DNA from: a virus
Taxonomy: Duplodnaviria > Caudoviricetes
Reading direction: 5' to 3' (one strand)
IMG/VR virus record: IMGVR_UViG_3300037067_005321
Span: 71,716-135,715 of that record
DNA: 64,000 nucleotides
The translations under genes and the position numbers were made by a program. The notes under the pieces are model-generated. The model saw only the letters and a list, made by a program, of their open reading frames with translations. It had not been told where the DNA came from and did not search any database. Below, one piece after another: positions 10,888 through 22,244 of this stretch. Each line of letters opens with the position of its first letter. Position 1 is the stretch's first letter.

Positions 10888-12175
10888 TAATTGAAGTTAT
10901 TTATTAACTTTTAGCTTGAGGGCTTTTGTGGATTAAATATGCAAGTGTCTATTATGCTTATGAATTTTATAAACCTATATTTTAAAATGGAGGATTGAAT
11001 GAAAAATAATTTATATTTAAAGAAGGATAAACCTTGTGATAAGTTTGAATCTTGTCAAATACCAGAAGAGAAAACAAGTGTCTGTTTTAATTGTGGATTC
11101 CTTAGAAAGGAACATAAAAAAGGAGAAGTGAACATATTTATAATTAAAAAAGAATGTGGAAAATTAGTATTTTCACTAGAATATATTATTAAAAATATAG
11201 AATATAGAATATATAAAGATGAAGTATCTACTGAATTAAAAAACTGTTTTGATTATTTAAATAATATTAAAAAGGAGTTTGAAAATGGATAATATATGTA
11301 AAAATTGTTATTTTTGGAAAAGAAATAAAGAAAATATATTTTTAGGTTATACTACATCTAGATATTTGTTATTTGGTGATTGTAGCTCAGACAAATTTGT
11401 ATATATAGAAGATGGTAATACTCCTATAGATGGTTTTGAATACTCAGATGCAGAAGGATATAATGCTTCTTTTAAAACTGGTGAACAATTTGGTTGTATT
11501 CATTTTAAGGAGATTAATAATGGATAATATAGAAAGAGGTAAACAAATTATAAGTAGGATAGATGAAATTGATAAGGAAATAGATAATCTTAATATTAAA
11601 GTAGATATTTATATGAAGGAATGGGAGAAACTTGAAAAAGAATGGTCTGATTTAGTGGAGATAAAGGAATGATAACACTATTTTCATTAATTAAACAATT
11701 ATTTTGTAAACATAAATATATACCTTATATGGATGGATCTAAAATATTTGTGTGTACTAAATGTCTTAAAATTAAATATTTGAAGGAGTAATAGAATGAA
11801 AGAAGAAGAAATTAATCTACAAATAGATAAACTATTGTGTGAATTAGATAGAATTGCAAGACAAGATAATCAATATGATAATGGATTACCAATTAATAAT
11901 AGAGATCTTTATCTTTCAATGAAAATTGCAGTAGTACAAACTATTACTAAAATAATAGAGGTTAATAAAATGCAAGAACTAAAATATTGTAAAGATTGTA
12001 AGTATGCTGAAATAAATATATTCTCTTTTATTTTTAATTATGAATTTATAAAATGTTCATATATAAAAGATATGGTAACTGGAAAAGGAAAATATTACTG
12101 TTCTACTATGAAAGATTGTGGATTATGTAGAAATGATAATATAAAAAATCATTTTGAACCAAGGAGAATTAAAAA

Positions 12176-12937
12176 ATGACATATGAAATTGAATCAATAG
12201 ATTATAAAGATTGTAGAATAAGTATTATACAGGATGATTATCCTATTGATCCTAGAAATGAAGATTTTCAAACTAACTTTGGAAAGATGTGTTGTTGGTA
12301 TAGAAATCATAATCTTGGTGATTATAAATTAGTTAATGATAGTTCACCAGATTATTTTCTTCTAAATTTACTTCAAGATTGGTATGATAGTGAAATAGTT
12401 GAGAAATGGTATGAAGAAAAAGATTTTACTGAATTTATAGAATTTGCTATTGACAAATTAAGTGAACATGCTATTGTTCTCCCATTAGTATTATTAGATC
12501 ATTCGGGTTTATGTATGAGAGTTGGTAATTCTTTTGCTGAAGATCCTGGTGGGTGGGATTCTTCTAGAATAGGATTTATTTATGCTACTTTTGAAGATAT
12601 TAAAAATGAATTATGTTATACTTCAAGAAAGAAGAAAAATCCTGATCTTAAACCAGTTAAAAGAATATCTAAAAAACTATTAGAAAAAGCTAGACAGATG
12701 TTAATAAATGAAGTAAAAGAATATAGTCAATATTTAGAAGGAGATATTTGTGCATTTAAAATATTTGATGAAGAGGAAATGATAGATTCTTGTTATGGAT
12801 TTTATGATCAGGAACATTGTATCCAAGAAGCAAAAAGTTATGTAGATTGGTATCAAGAAGCAAAAAGTTATGTAGATTGGTATGTTGTAGACAAACAGAA
12901 AAGATTAGATAAAGAATCTCTAATAATGACAGCATGA
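12176..12937 (+). CDS. conserved acidic hypothetical protein of phages/mobile elements
   Basis: LLDHSG...WDSSRIGFIY...YLEGD...DSCYGFY motifs. Confidence 0.75.
   Translation: MTYEIESIDYKDCRISIIQDDYPIDPRNEDFQTNFGKMCCWYRNHNLGDYKLVNDSSPDYFLLNLLQDWYDSEIVEKWYEEKDFTEFIEFAIDKLSEHAIVLPLVLLDHSGLCMRVGNSFAEDPGGWDSSRIGFIYATFEDIKNELCYTSRKKKNPDLKPVKRISKKLLEKARQMLINEVKEYSQYLEGDICAFKIFDEEEMIDSCYGFYDQEHCIQEAKSYVDWYQEAKSYVDWYVVDKQKRLDKESLIMTA
12824..12883 (+). repeat. perfect 30-bp tandem duplication (QEAKSYVDWY x2)
   Basis: CAAGAAGCAAAAAGTTATGTAGATTGGTAT twice. Confidence 0.95.
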
Positions 12938-13479
12938 TACGCACAGTATTTTATATTGGTAGTTTATTGGTAATAAGTTTCTTTCTATATAACCAATATT
13001 TAGATTTTAAATATTATATAGATACTCCTATTATAAACTCAAATTATATTGCCACTAAAAAGGTAAAGATTGCAATGTCTTATCATGGTATTAAGATGTG
13101 TACTATGATACAACATGATGGAAAAGATTATTATATATTTATTAGAGATGGTAAAGTTTTTGATTTATTTGACACTAAACAATTTCCTGGATTAAGGAGA
13201 AAGCTAAATGAGTAAAAGAGTGATATTAGATATTATAATATCTATTATATTTCCATCTACGTTCTTATATATATTTACTAAAGTATTATTTAATCTTACA
13301 CAAACTGAATCAATATTATTATTTATAATATTCATTATAATATTTATTAGTGTTAGAATATTTGATATTTTAATAAGGAGAAAATAGGTTGTAACAAGTT
13401 AGTAGAAATGTCACCATATACTAAATACTATGTAGATAAATATGAAAATCCTGAAAATAAAGATGATTGGGGAGATTAA

Positions 13480-14496
13480 ATGAACATATCACAATTTAAG
13501 CAAGCAATTAAAATATGTATGAAAGCGGATATTCCTTTATTTGCCTGGGGTCCGCCTGGAATTGGCAAAACTGAAGGAGTTAGACAATTAGCAGATGAAT
13601 TAAATATTGGATTTATATCTATAACTGCACCATTGTTGCAACCAGTTGATTTACTTGGATTACCAGATAGAGATAATCATAAAACTATTTGGTTACGTCC
13701 TGATATATTACCAACTGAAGGAGAAGGAATAATATTAATTGATGAAATTCCTGATGCTACTCCATTAATGCAAAAAGCATTTTATTCTTTAATTCTTGAG
13801 CATAGAATTCAATCTCATATTATTCCTAAATCTTGGTATATTTGTGGAGCAGGAAATAGAGCAGAAGATAAAACATTTTCCTCTACTATTCCTTCTGCAT
13901 TAATAACCAGATTTGCACATATTGGAGTATGTTGTTCAGCACCAGATTTTACAGAATCAACAGTTGAAAAAGCAGATATAGATATAGATGATTTTGTCTC
14001 ATACGCAGTTAATAATTTTAATTCATTAATATCAGCATATTCTAAATTCAGACCTGAATTTACTTATAGGCATCAATCTACTCCAAGAACTTTAGAATAT
14101 ACTAGCAGATTGCTTAATACTGTATCTAATCCATTTGATAATGGACTAAGTTTTGTATTCAGTGAATTAGTAAAAGGAACTTTAGGTAGTGAGGTTGGAT
14201 TAGAATTTGTAAGATTTATTAAACTTGCTACTGAAATTCCAAGTTTAGATCTTATAATAAAAGATCCAGATAATGCAGTAATACCAACTAAGAAAGATGT
14301 ACAATATGCTGTAGTAACAGCTTTAATTAGACTTTTAAAGGAGGATAATGACACTAATATAATGAAGTATATTAAAAGGTTATTGCCTGAGATGCAGTTT
14401 TTCTTCTTTAATATTGCAAAGAAGACTAAACCATTTATAATTACTAATAGAGAATTTATTAATTGGAGCAATATAAATTCCAGTTATCTTATATAA
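13480..14496 (+). CDS. MoxR-like AAA+ ATPase
   Basis: Walker A GPPGIGKT, Walker B ILIDE, GAGN, ALITRF, TPRT. Confidence 0.9.
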   Translation: MNISQFKQAIKICMKADIPLFAWGPPGIGKTEGVRQLADELNIGFISITAPLLQPVDLLGLPDRDNHKTIWLRPDILPTEGEGIILIDEIPDATPLMQKAFYSLILEHRIQSHIIPKSWYICGAGNRAEDKTFSSTIPSALITRFAHIGVCCSAPDFTESTVEKADIDIDDFVSYAVNNFNSLISAYSKFRPEFTYRHQSTPRTLEYTSRLLNTVSNPFDNGLSFVFSELVKGTLGSEVGLEFVRFIKLATEIPSLDLIIKDPDNAVIPTKKDVQYAVVTALIRLLKEDNDTNIMKYIKRLLPEMQFFFFNIAKKTKPFIITNREFINWSNINSSYLI

Positions 14497-14858
14497 TATA
14501 TAAAAGGAGATAATATAATATGATAGAAAATAATATAGATAATAGAAAGAAACTTGCAGAAGCTATTGTTGATGCTTGTGACATGGATGCATTATTAGAT
14601 TATTTTTTTGAGTCTCAACATAGTTATCTACAAGATGTTGATAATGAAGAATTTAATAAATTATGGAGTCTTTATTTTGATAAAGAATAGTTATATTTAT
14701 ATAGGTTTACTATGTATAATATTTGGAAATCAAATGGAATATACTAATCAAATAATGATAATAGTATCTGAATTATTAATTATAATTGGTTCTATTATGA
14801 TTAATAGTAAAATACAAGAAATAATTAAACTAATAAAGGAAAATAAGGAGAAATAATT

Positions 14859-15758
14859 ATGGAAAATATAAGTGATTCATTAGTAAAGAAAGCCATCTTA
14901 GTAAAAGTAACTGTACACAAACATGATTTTTCTGAGAGAGATGATGAAAGAATAATGGAACTATCAGAAAAGTATGGAGTAGATCCTAAACTTCTTAATC
15001 TTAAAAAGACAACAATGATGAAGGAGTTTACTAAATCAATTGATAAAATTATAGGTTCTATTAATCCATTATTCCATGAACTTACTCTACCATGGAAAGA
15101 CGGTGGTTGGAGATTGCTAAATGTAAACACATTTACAAAGTTTGAGAAAGCATTTAGAGAAAAGAATGAAGAATTGAAAGAAGCATTAGAAGATTTTATA
15201 CCATCTTATTCTGAGTTTATTAATAGAACTAAATTAGCTTTAGGTGGAATGTCAGATAATATAGCTTATCCTGATCCAGCTTATCTTAAACAAAGATATT
15301 ATTTTGAACTTAAATATGACCCACTTGTAACTTCAAATGACTTTAGAATAGAAGTATCTAATGATGTATATGAAAGTGTAAGGAAAAACTTTGAAGATAA
15401 TTATGAAAACTCTATAAAAGAAGCAATGAATAATGTATGGAATAGAGTTATTTCTGCTATTAATAGATTGTATGAAAGATTTACAGCAGAAGAGTTTGAA
15501 TGGACTAATTCAAAAGGAGAATCAGTACTTAGGAAACCAAGACTTTGTAATTCTATAATTGAAGATATTAAAAGTTTGATTGCAATATTACCTGACATTA
15601 ACATAACATCTGATCCAAATTTAAATGCTATTAGACAGGAACTTGAATCTAAATTTGCTAATATTGATATGAATGAGATAAAAGAAAATAGTCAATATAA
15701 GAAGGAAAAGGCAAAAGAAGCAGAGAAAATACTTAATGATATTAAGGCTTTTATTTAA
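14859..15758 (+). CDS. helical protein typically associated with AAA/vWA modules (DUF3150-like)
   Basis: LTLPWKDGGWRLL, YP...L...YF, NITSDPNL; lies between the AAA and vWA genes. Confidence 0.6.
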   Translation: MENISDSLVKKAILVKVTVHKHDFSERDDERIMELSEKYGVDPKLLNLKKTTMMKEFTKSIDKIIGSINPLFHELTLPWKDGGWRLLNVNTFTKFEKAFREKNEELKEALEDFIPSYSEFINRTKLALGGMSDNIAYPDPAYLKQRYYFELKYDPLVTSNDFRIEVSNDVYESVRKNFEDNYENSIKEAMNNVWNRVISAINRLYERFTAEEFEWTNSKGESVLRKPRLCNSIIEDIKSLIAILPDINITSDPNLNAIRQELESKFANIDMNEIKENSQYKKEKAKEAEKILNDIKAFI

Positions 15759-15770
15759 GGAGACAAAATT

Positions 15771-16196
15771 ATGTGCTTAGATTATTTAGTAGATAAAAAG
15801 GAATTTATTCCTTTGTTAAAGAAAGAAGGAAATTATTATGTTGGATATAAATATTTTAGAACTTATAACAAAAAATTAGCACCAATCCACTGTGGAAAAT
15901 CAACAGGTTATAAAACTAATACATGGTTAAATGAAAAAGATTTTAGAGATAATTTATATAGTAACAAATTACATTGTTATAGAAGTAACTCATGCTATAA
16001 ACCAGGATTCCATATATTTTTAAATGATGATGATTTTACATACTATTCTACATACTTCTCTCCAAGAAGAAAGATTTATTTTAAAAATATAGTAAGTACT
16101 GGTAAGCAAAAGGGTAAAAATGTTGTAGTAGCTACTGATATTTTTATTCCATCTATTAAAAAACCAAGGAAACCAGGAAGATATAATAATAGATGA
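15771..16196 (+). CDS. conserved phage hypothetical protein
   Basis: MCL...GYK...YKPGFHIF motif. Confidence 0.65.
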   Translation: MCLDYLVDKKEFIPLLKKEGNYYVGYKYFRTYNKKLAPIHCGKSTGYKTNTWLNEKDFRDNLYSNKLHCYRSNSCYKPGFHIFLNDDDFTYYSTYFSPRRKIYFKNIVSTGKQKGKNVVVATDIFIPSIKKPRKPGRYNNR

Positions 16197-16274
16197 TTAT
16201 AAATAATTAATTTTATTATCCTGTTTATACTATATGTGTAGACAGGAATAATTTAATTAATAAAAAGGAGAAAT

Positions 16275-17564
16275 ATGCTAACGGAAAAACAAAGATTAGA
16301 ACGAGCAAGAATTATATTATTAGAAGACAATTGTTTCTATGGATATATTCTTATGAATTTAGAATTAATAGAAGATATTAGAATTCCAACTGCATGTACT
16401 AATGGAAAATATATCAAGTTTAATCCAGAATTTACAAAACAATATAATGACAAACAACTAAGAACTTTATTAATGCATGAAGCAGATCATATTATTTATA
16501 ATCATCATACTAGAAGACAAGATAGAAATTCTTTAACTTGGAATGAAGCAGGGGATTATGTAATTAATTATGACTTGATTTACAATGAACATTTTGATAT
16601 GATACCAAGTATATTACTTGATACTAAATTTAAAGACATGTCAACAGAACAAGTTTATTCAATAATAGAAAAGGAGAAACAGAATGAACAAAATAAAAAT
16701 AATAGTTCTGATAGTGAATCTAATAGTAATGAAAGCTCTGAAGGAATAAAAGATGATTGTAACAATAGTAATTCTAATTCTACTGACAGTAATAATGATA
16801 GAAATGGAGGAGAAGATGAACAAGGAGATTCTAATAATGATAATATTTCTGATTCTAATGATGATATTTTTGATGATGCTAAATCAGATATAAAAGAATA
16901 TACTTCATTAGGAGAAGTAGAAGATTTAAAAGAAGGAGAATCTATACAAGAGGAAGAAGAACGTGTAAGAGAAATGATAAATGAGGCAATAATACATGCA
17001 GAAAAAGCAGGTCAATTATCAGGAGATATGAAAAGAAAATTTACTGAGCTTATTAAACCAAAAGTTCCTTGGGAGAGAATAATAGATAAATGGATGCAGG
17101 AGAAGTTTAATAATGATTTTAATTTCTGTAATAGAGATTCTAGAATACTTGATTATTTCTTTCCTTCTCTTGAATCTGAAGAATTAGGACTTATAATAAT
17201 AGCAATTGATACATCTGGCTCAATAAATCAGAATCTACTTAATAGATTTATATCTGAAATAAATAGTTTGAGGAAGAAGTATAGTTTTGCTACTCTATTG
17301 ATACAGTGTGATGCTAAAATTCAGTTTGAAAAGAAGTTTCTTAAAACTCAGGAAATTAAATTTGAAATAATGGGATATGGAGGAACAGATTATACACCTG
17401 TATTTAAGAGAGTAGAAGAACTCAGAGAGAACTCTATTGGTTTGGTCTACTTTACAGACCTTGAATGTTATGATTTTGGTGAGAAACCTAAATATGATGT
17501 ACTTTGGATAACAGATAATAAACATGGTAAAGCACCATTTGGAAAAGTTGTTCAAATGGATTAA
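16275..17564 (+). CDS. metallopeptidase-like (DUF2201-type) + vWA domain protein
   Basis: TACTNG, HExxH (HEADH), WNEAGDYVIN, low-complexity linker, MIDAS DTSGS, GGTD, YFTD. Confidence 0.9.
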   Translation: MLTEKQRLERARIILLEDNCFYGYILMNLELIEDIRIPTACTNGKYIKFNPEFTKQYNDKQLRTLLMHEADHIIYNHHTRRQDRNSLTWNEAGDYVINYDLIYNEHFDMIPSILLDTKFKDMSTEQVYSIIEKEKQNEQNKNNSSDSESNSNESSEGIKDDCNNSNSNSTDSNNDRNGGEDEQGDSNNDNISDSNDDIFDDAKSDIKEYTSLGEVEDLKEGESIQEEEERVREMINEAIIHAEKAGQLSGDMKRKFTELIKPKVPWERIIDKWMQEKFNNDFNFCNRDSRILDYFFPSLESEELGLIIIAIDTSGSINQNLLNRFISEINSLRKKYSFATLLIQCDAKIQFEKKFLKTQEIKFEIMGYGGTDYTPVFKRVEELRENSIGLVYFTDLECYDFGEKPKYDVLWITDNKHGKAPFGKVVQMD

Positions 17565-17644
17565 AAGTAGATTGAGGGTTTTTGGGGGCTAAATATATAA
17601 CTATCAGAAATAACTATAAATTTTTGAAAGGAGATAAATAAAAA

Positions 17645-18823
17645 ATGTATAAATTTAAAGAAGAAAATATGAAAATACCTGCATTTGTTTGGTCAGATCC
17701 GCCCGACAATAAAGCTATTGAGCAAATAGTAAATATATCATCATTGCCTTTTGCTTTTCACCATGTTGCGATAATGCCTGATTGCCATATGGGATATGGA
17801 ATGCCTATTGGTGGAGTTTTAGCAACTAATGGTGTAATAGTCCCAAATTGTATAGGTGTGGATATTGGGTGTGGTATGACAGCAGTTAAAATATCTTTGT
17901 CTGAAATAGATATTGCTACTCTTAAAAAGATAATGGGTAAAATAAGAGAAGTTATTCCTACTGGATTTGAACATCATAAAGAAAAACAAAATGAAAAATG
18001 GATGCCTAGTTTAAAGGATGTATGTAGGATTACTTATATTGTATTTCAAGAATATAGCAATGCACTTACTCAAATAGGAACTCTGGGTGGAGGAAATCAT
18101 TTCATAGAAATACAAAAAGGATCTGATGGATATATTTATATAATGATTCATTCTGGAAGTAGAAATCTAGGAAAGAAAGTAGCAGATCATTATAATAAAA
18201 TAGCAAAACAATTAAATGAAAGATGGTTTTCCTCTGTTCCTAAAGAATGGGATTTAGCTTTTCTTCCTATTGAAACTAAAGAAGCAAAAGATTATTTTGA
18301 TGAAATGAAATATTGTGTAAATTTTGCTTTTAGAAATAGAGAATTAATGATGTCACGAATATTAGAAATATTTATTGATGAATTTCCTATGGAATTTAAT
18401 CATGATCCTATTATTAATATAGCACATAACTATGCAAGATGGGAAAATCATTATGGTAAAAATATAATTATACATAGAAAAGGAGCAACTTCAGCTAAAG
18501 AAGGAGAAATTGGTATAATTCCAGGCTCACAAGGTTCTAAATCTTATATTGTAGAAGGATTAGGTAATAAAGAATCATTTGAAAGTTGTTCTCATGGTGC
18601 AGGTAGAGCTATGGGGAGAAATGAAGCTACTAAAAAACTTAATTTAGAAGAAGAAATAAAAAAGTTGGATGATCAAGGAATTATTCATGGTATAAGAAAT
18701 ATAAAAGATTTAGACGAAGCTGTTGGAGCTTATAAAGCTATAGACAAAGTTATGGAAAATCAGATGGATCTTGTTAAGATATTAGTGGAACTTTCACCTT
18801 TAGCAGTAATAAAAGGAGATTGA
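17645..18823 (+). CDS. rtcB: RtcB family RNA ligase
   Basis: MPDCH, GVDIGCG, GTLGGGNHFIE, HSGSR, HNY, HRKGA, SHGAGR, DEA-x-AYK. Confidence 0.96.
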   Translation: MYKFKEENMKIPAFVWSDPPDNKAIEQIVNISSLPFAFHHVAIMPDCHMGYGMPIGGVLATNGVIVPNCIGVDIGCGMTAVKISLSEIDIATLKKIMGKIREVIPTGFEHHKEKQNEKWMPSLKDVCRITYIVFQEYSNALTQIGTLGGGNHFIEIQKGSDGYIYIMIHSGSRNLGKKVADHYNKIAKQLNERWFSSVPKEWDLAFLPIETKEAKDYFDEMKYCVNFAFRNRELMMSRILEIFIDEFPMEFNHDPIINIAHNYARWENHYGKNIIIHRKGATSAKEGEIGIIPGSQGSKSYIVEGLGNKESFESCSHGAGRAMGRNEATKKLNLEEEIKKLDDQGIIHGIRNIKDLDEAVGAYKAIDKVMENQMDLVKILVELSPLAVIKGD

Positions 18824-19069
18824 ATGAAATCATTCGATGAAATGGACAAAATAAAAACAGATGAAGAACTAATAATAGAACAATATAGAGCACTTATATC
18901 AAATTATGAAGCTAATATATTAATATTAAGTAGAACTATTTATAATATTCAAAAGGAGATTAGTAATAAAACCAATACTAGAGGACAGATATCTAAAAAA
19001 TGTGATATTCTAATTGACAGAGCAATATCAGCAATAACATTAAATAATGTAGATGGAGGTAAATGTTAA

Positions 19070-19405
19070 ATGAGTAAACTAAATATTAAATTGATTAAAG
19101 GTTCAATAAAAAAGTGGGAAAATATAAGAGATAATGGTGTAGCAGATAAAGGGCCACACGATTGCCCACTATGTAAAAAATATATTGATAGAGATTGTAG
19201 TAACTGCCCAATAAATTTATATACAGGAAACGCATATTGTCATAACTCCCCATATCATGATTGGGGGAAGCATCATGATGATTATTTTTTAAGATCTGAT
19301 CATTCTATATCCAATAGAATAGTTAGATGTAAAGAATGTATAGAATTATGCAATAAAGAAATTGAATTTTTATATAAAATACTTAAAATAGAAGAGGATA
19401 AATAA
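19070..19405 (+). CDS. Cys-rich hypothetical protein
   Basis: SIKKWE...CPLC...CSNCP...C. Confidence 0.65.
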   Translation: MSKLNIKLIKGSIKKWENIRDNGVADKGPHDCPLCKKYIDRDCSNCPINLYTGNAYCHNSPYHDWGKHHDDYFLRSDHSISNRIVRCKECIELCNKEIEFLYKILKIEEDK

Positions 19406-19406
19406 A

Positions 19407-19883
19407 ATGATTTCAAACAGAGACAATATAATAGATTCAAGAGATATAATAGCTAAATTTGAAGATTTAGAAATAGAAAGAGAGGATATAATATCTAAAC
19501 TTGATGAAGCTAAAGAAGAATTGAGAGATACTAATAAAACTGACCCTGAAAATGAAGAAAAAGTACAGGAATTAGATAATATAATAGCAGACACTGAGAG
19601 AGAATTAGAAAATTGGGAATATGATTATTTAGATGAATATAACTCTTTAAAAAGTTTAATTGAAGAAGCTTCTGATTCTCCAGATTGGTTTTATGGTGAA
19701 ACTTTAATAAAAGACAGCTATTTTGAAACATATGCTCAAGAATTTGCTGAAGATATTGGTGCAATAGAAAAAAGTAGTCAATGGCCTAATTATTGTATAG
19801 ATTGGGAATGGGCAGCTAAAGAATTACAAATAGATTATTTTACTGTTAACTTTGATGGTGAAACTTATTGGATAAGAGGATAA
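19407..19883 (+). CDS. acidic ArdA-like antirestriction/DNA-mimic candidate
   Basis: very acidic; FETYAQEF...CIDWEWAAKEL...DY resembles the ArdA C-terminus. Confidence 0.5.
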   Translation: MISNRDNIIDSRDIIAKFEDLEIEREDIISKLDEAKEELRDTNKTDPENEEKVQELDNIIADTERELENWEYDYLDEYNSLKSLIEEASDSPDWFYGETLIKDSYFETYAQEFAEDIGAIEKSSQWPNYCIDWEWAAKELQIDYFTVNFDGETYWIRG

Positions 19884-20594
19884 TAAAAGAAGGTGAAATA
19901 TGAAAACTAAAACTGAAAATAAAGAAGAAATACAAAGATTTAAATATTTTTACAGATCAATTGTTAATGATTATGATGAATATGGTGCTGCATTATTAGG
20001 AACTCTTCAGTTTAGTGCTGGAAGTCTCTCGTATGAGACATACTCCAAAAAAGGAAAATTCACATTGTTAAATGATGTCTTATATTTTGAAGGCCATCGT
20101 CGATCCTTTAATGGAGTGATATCTTCTGAAAGTAGTTCTTTCACTCCATTTACAGGACGTTGGAAAATAATAGAAACGTCACGTCCAGATTTACAGATTA
20201 ATGAATTTAATTCAGAAAATACTGATATAAATGCAGTGTGTGTGAATTAACATGGAATATATATCCATAAATGAAGAAAATACTTTTATTGAAATACCAT
20301 GCCAATGTTGTGGTACTAAAATAAAAGTACCAATAAACTTTTTTAGTTGTTCTAAGGAGTATTAAATATGTTAAATAAAGAATACTTATGTGATGAGAAT
20401 TGTGTTTACTGCCCAATTATAAATCATCCTAATAGCAGAATGATTACTAGAATACTAAATCTGATACAAGATAAGTTTGGTAATGGTGTTTATGATATAG
20501 TTGAAAACTATTGCCCTAATCTAACCTGCTGCTATGATTGTCACATAGATGATTTTTGTCATATTAAAGATTGTAAGATAACAAAGGATATAAA

Positions 20595-21101
20595 ATGAAA
20601 AAACTAATATTTATAATATTACTTATTTTACTTCCAGTAAATGTATATGCTTTTGATTTTTATGTTTTTGGTATTAATATGAAGTGGATTAAAAATGCAG
20701 AACCAAAAGATTATGGAATGATGATATTGGGTGGAGTTACTAATTTTTTAGTGCATGAGTCTGGACATTATCTATCTTCTAAAATAGAAGGTGTAGATGT
20801 TGATTTTAATGGAACTAATTTTATTATGAATAATGCTTCTAAAAAAGAAGCAAGAAATATTGCAAGGGCAGGATATATGCTTGATTCTATTGTTGGATTA
20901 AGTTTAACTACTTTTGCGAAGGATTCTTATTTTACAAAAGGATATACACTTACTCATTCAATAGGATTAACAACTTATAATATTAGAAATAAGAAATATA
21001 ATGATTTTAAAACTATACAGGAAAACGGTGGCAATGAAGACGCCTTCTTTTATGGAATATCTGCTATTTCAACACATAATCTTTTAAGACAGGAGTGGTA
21101 A
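20595..21101 (+). CDS. secreted/membrane protein with HExxH metalloprotease motif
   Basis: signal peptide, VHESGH, ARAG, ND. Confidence 0.6.
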   Translation: MKKLIFIILLILLPVNVYAFDFYVFGINMKWIKNAEPKDYGMMILGGVTNFLVHESGHYLSSKIEGVDVDFNGTNFIMNNASKKEARNIARAGYMLDSIVGLSLTTFAKDSYFTKGYTLTHSIGLTTYNIRNKKYNDFKTIQENGGNEDAFFYGISAISTHNLLRQEW

Positions 21102-21290
21102 TATGAAAAGGCCAAATATAGAAGAATTAGAAAAAATATGTGCAAATTTTAAAAATGAACATACTTTGGAGCCTAGATATCTAATTAATATAATAGATAT
21201 TTTATTATCATATATAAAATCTTTAGAAGAAGAAAATAAATCTCTTGAAGAAATAGTCAATATGATTGAAAAATTGATAGGATTAGCTAA

Positions 21291-22238
21291 ATGACACAAG
21301 AACAAGACATGGCAATTAAGAATTGTATACTTAAAATTCATACTGGCAGTTATCTATATGGCACTAACACGCCAGAATCTGATGAAGATTATATAGGAAT
21401 TTTTATACCTGATCCAATATATCTACTTGGAATTAAACATATTGAACAAGTAGATTTATCAACTAAATCTAAAGATGAATCTGGTAAAAATACTAATGAA
21501 GCAAATGATACAGTATTTTATACTTTAGAAAAGTTTGTACGGTTAGCACTTGATAATAATCCCAACATTCTTGAAGTATTATTTGTTAATCCAGAAAATA
21601 TACTATATTATAATGAAATAGGTAAGCAATTACTTTCACTTAGACCACATTTTCTGGCAAAAGGAGCAATAAAACAAAAATATCTTAGTTTTGCATTCTC
21701 TCAAAAACAAAAGATGATAATGAAAGTTGAAAATTATGATAAACTTACTGAACTTCTTTCTACTCTAAAAGAAAACACAATATCATGTACATTTCTTAAT
21801 GAGATTGACTCTCCACTTTTTGAAAGAAAAGGACAGGAAATAATACTATCTGATATTACTTTACCAGCTAATTCACCAATTAAAAAAGCTATTAAAGTAA
21901 TTGAAAAAAGAGTAAATAGATATGGTAGTAGAACTATATTAATGACAAAATATGGAATGGACACAAAATTTGCATCCAACTTAATAAGACTTCTATATGA
22001 AGGATTAGAATTATTAGAATTTGGTGAATTAAGATTTCCATTAGTTGAAGCAGATACTATATTAGAAATTAAACAAGGTAAATGGAAATTAGAACAAGTA
22101 CTTGAATTAGCGGAAGATTTAGAAAAGATGGTAGAACAGGCATATGATAATACTTTTCTTCCAACACACCCAAATAGAAAATTAATAGAAGATTGGCTTT
22201 TTAATATTTATAAACAACAAATAATAAAGGAGAAATAA
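21291..22238 (+). CDS. Pol-beta superfamily nucleotidyltransferase (RlaP/YcgL-like)
   Basis: GSYLYGTNTPESDEDYIG, NPNILEVL, DTKFASNLIRL, IKQGK. Confidence 0.88.
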   Translation: MTQEQDMAIKNCILKIHTGSYLYGTNTPESDEDYIGIFIPDPIYLLGIKHIEQVDLSTKSKDESGKNTNEANDTVFYTLEKFVRLALDNNPNILEVLFVNPENILYYNEIGKQLLSLRPHFLAKGAIKQKYLSFAFSQKQKMIMKVENYDKLTELLSTLKENTISCTFLNEIDSPLFERKGQEIILSDITLPANSPIKKAIKVIEKRVNRYGSRTILMTKYGMDTKFASNLIRLLYEGLELLEFGELRFPLVEADTILEIKQGKWKLEQVLELAEDLEKMVEQAYDNTFLPTHPNRKLIEDWLFNIYKQQIIKEK

Positions 22239-22244
22239 AAATAA

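Noticed and set aside
14859-15758. Candidate Tas/Nop protein for the array
   Set aside because: No Nop/IS110-like motifs recognised; context and motifs fit the AAA/vWA partner family
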